The translations under genes were made by a program, and so were the position numbers. The notes beneath the pieces were generated by a model. It ran no database searches, was not told the DNA's origin, and was given only the letters and a program-made list of their open reading frames with translations. A DNA stretch of 36,185 bases from Parcubacteria group bacterium. Lineage in GTDB: Bacteria; Patescibacteriota; Minisyncoccia; Minisyncoccales; JAQTPW01. Each line of letters starts with the position of its first letter. Positions within the stretch are counted from its first letter, which is position 1. The stretch spans positions 1 to 36,185 of the forward strand of contig JBDRLH010000015.1 in the NCBI GenBank assembly GCA_043813215.1, written 5' to 3'. Positions 34,720 to 36,185 of this stretch are shown here, one piece after another.

Positions 34720-35733
34720 TTATTTTTTGCTCATTAAGCTTTTTTTATAGGCATCCAGGCTTTCTAAAATCTGGCCCGTGCCTTTTGCCACGCAAAGCAG
34801 AGGATCATCAACCACAAAACAAGGAACTCCCGTACTCTGGGAAATTAATTTGTCAATGTTGCGTAAAAGTGCTCCCCCGCCGGCCAAAACCATACCTTTA
34901 TCCATGACATCGGCTGACAATTCCGGCGGAGTATCGCGCAGAACTAGTTTTATCACCTGGATAATTTCAATCAATGTATCTGTTACCGCCTCACAAACTT
35001 CATTTGAAGAAATTTTGATGTTTTTGGGCAATCCCTGTATCAAATCCCTGCCGCGAATCTCGATTGATTTTTCTTCTTTTTCGGGAATAGCCGTTCCTAT
35101 CCTTATTTTAACTTCTTCAGCTGTCTGCTCGCCTATGGCCAAGTTATATTTTTTCTTGATGTAATCAGAAATCGCCGAATCAAGCTTGTCGCCGGCGATC
35201 CTTAAAGAACGGCTGGTGACAATCCCGCCCAACGAGATAATCGCCACTTCGGTTGTTCCGCCGCCGATATCTACAATCATGCTTCCCGAACAAGAGTTGA
35301 TGGGTATCCCGGCACCCAGCGCCGATAAGACGGGCTCCTTGGCTATATAAACCGCTTTTGCCCCGGCAGTAAGTCCGGCTTCCATGACGGCTCTTCTCTC
35401 CGTTGAAGTGATGCCAGCCGGAACGCCTATTAATATTTCCGGTTTAAAAAATTTAAAAGTTCCTGAAACTTTATCAATAAAATATTTAAGCATAGCTTGA
35501 GTGACTCTGTAATCGGCAATAACTCCGTCGCGAAGCGGCCGGTAAACGCGAATCGTGTCGGGAGTCCTGCCCGTCATTTCTTTTGCCGCCTGTCCCACCG
35601 CCAAAATTTTATTGTCGTCCAGGGTCACTGCCACCACAGACGGCTCTTGCAAAACCGGGCCCTTGCCCGGTAAAAAAACAACCGAGTTGCAAGTCCCGAG
35701 ATCAATGCCGATTTTTCTAACAAATAATCCCAT
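34720..35733 (-). CDS. mreB: Rod shape-determining protein MreB (copy 2)
   Basis: IGIDLGT, EPSVVA, VDIGGGTTE, AGGGALLR; start at MGLFVRK. Confidence 0.95.
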   Translation of the reverse strand: MGLFVRKIGIDLGTCNSVVFLPGKGPVLQEPSVVAVTLDDNKILAVGQAAKEMTGRTPDTIRVYRPLRDGVIADYRVTQAMLKYFIDKVSGTFKFFKPEILIGVPAGITSTERRAVMEAGLTAGAKAVYIAKEPVLSALGAGIPINSCSGSMIVDIGGGTTEVAIISLGGIVTSRSLRIAGDKLDSAISDYIKKKYNLAIGEQTAEEVKIRIGTAIPEKEEKSIEIRGRDLIQGLPKNIKISSNEVCEAVTDTLIEIIQVIKLVLRDTPPELSADVMDKGMVLAGGGALLRNIDKLISQSTGVPCFVVDDPLLCVAKGTGQILESLDAYKKSLMSKK

Positions 35734-35774
35734 AATAAATATATTCAATTCTATTTTATCTTATCTGATTTCCT

Positions 35775-36185
35775 TTATTTTGACAACCCAAAATCCTTAA
35801 CTGAATTTTTACTAAAAAATCCTGCAAAAAACAGCAAAATGCCGAATATTATGAATATTATTGGATATCCCAAAGGCGCAATCAGAAAAGCTCCTAATAG
35901 GGCTCCTGAGGCTGTAGCGAGGGGAGAAAAAACAGTATCAATAGCGGCAGATTCTTCTGGAATTTCTTTTAATTTGGTAGACATCAAACCACTCCTGCCC
36001 GAGCCGGTCATTAAACTTCCGATATATTTTCCAATCACAATGAAGAATATATAATAAAAATTAAGGATGCTAGCCAAAGCTCCCATCAAAACCGAAAAGA
36101 TTCCGGCAATTTGAGCTCCTCGGGATATATTGATTTCGCTTTTGAATTTTGCGACTTGTTTTATTATCCAAAAGGAAATCGGCAG
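35775..36185 (-). CDS. C-terminal part of an MFS-like membrane protein (continues beyond the window)
   Basis: Frame open to the window edge; several TM helices ending GALLGAFLIAPLGYPIIF, typical of MFS TM11-12. Confidence 0.6.
   Translation of the reverse strand: MPISFWIIKQVAKFKSEINISRGAQIAGIFSVLMGALASILNFYYIFFIVIGKYIGSLMTGSGRSGLMSTKLKEIPEESAAIDTVFSPLATASGALLGAFLIAPLGYPIIFIIFGILLFFAGFFSKNSVKDFGLSK

Noticed and set aside
1-36185. CRISPR array, transposase, integrase, prophage, intein or rRNA
   Set aside because: No spaced direct repeats or such ORFs were seen; DnaE and GyrB lengths leave no room for inteins.

Overview
AT-rich bacterial chromosomal window, mostly housekeeping genes. Streamlined proteins, rplK without rplA and Shine-Dalgarno (SD)-less core genes suggest a Patescibacteria/CPR (Parcubacteria-like) genome; this placement is inference. 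Core content: rnhB-rpmF-nusB-rnc-rpsP; dnaE-thrS-membrane protein-miaB-miaA; dcd-thyA-folA-dUTPase-like-dNMP-kinase-like-tmk-deoC-gatB; pheS-pheT-gyrB-secE-nusG-rplK; three tRNAs (two CAT, one Asp); MFS-mreB-holB-frr-rseP-proS-mreB-gatC-gatA. Interspersed are self-contained accessory cassettes, each with a TTGACA promoter, strong SD and terminator: an alpha/beta hydrolase, 65-aa and 76-aa orphans, a divergent MraZ paralogue, and pyrE behind a pyrF remnant. The strongest candidate for a new system is a ~300-bp antisense transcription unit between gatC and gatA encoding two micropeptides (MLLLWFL, MKVLKSLK) in a repeated hairpin-SD-ORF-hairpin architecture. Other highlights: a REP-like palindrome inserted in frame in three genes, 7-nt-periodic tracts inside coding regions, an aberrant initiator-like tRNA, and a possible attenuator at the window start.
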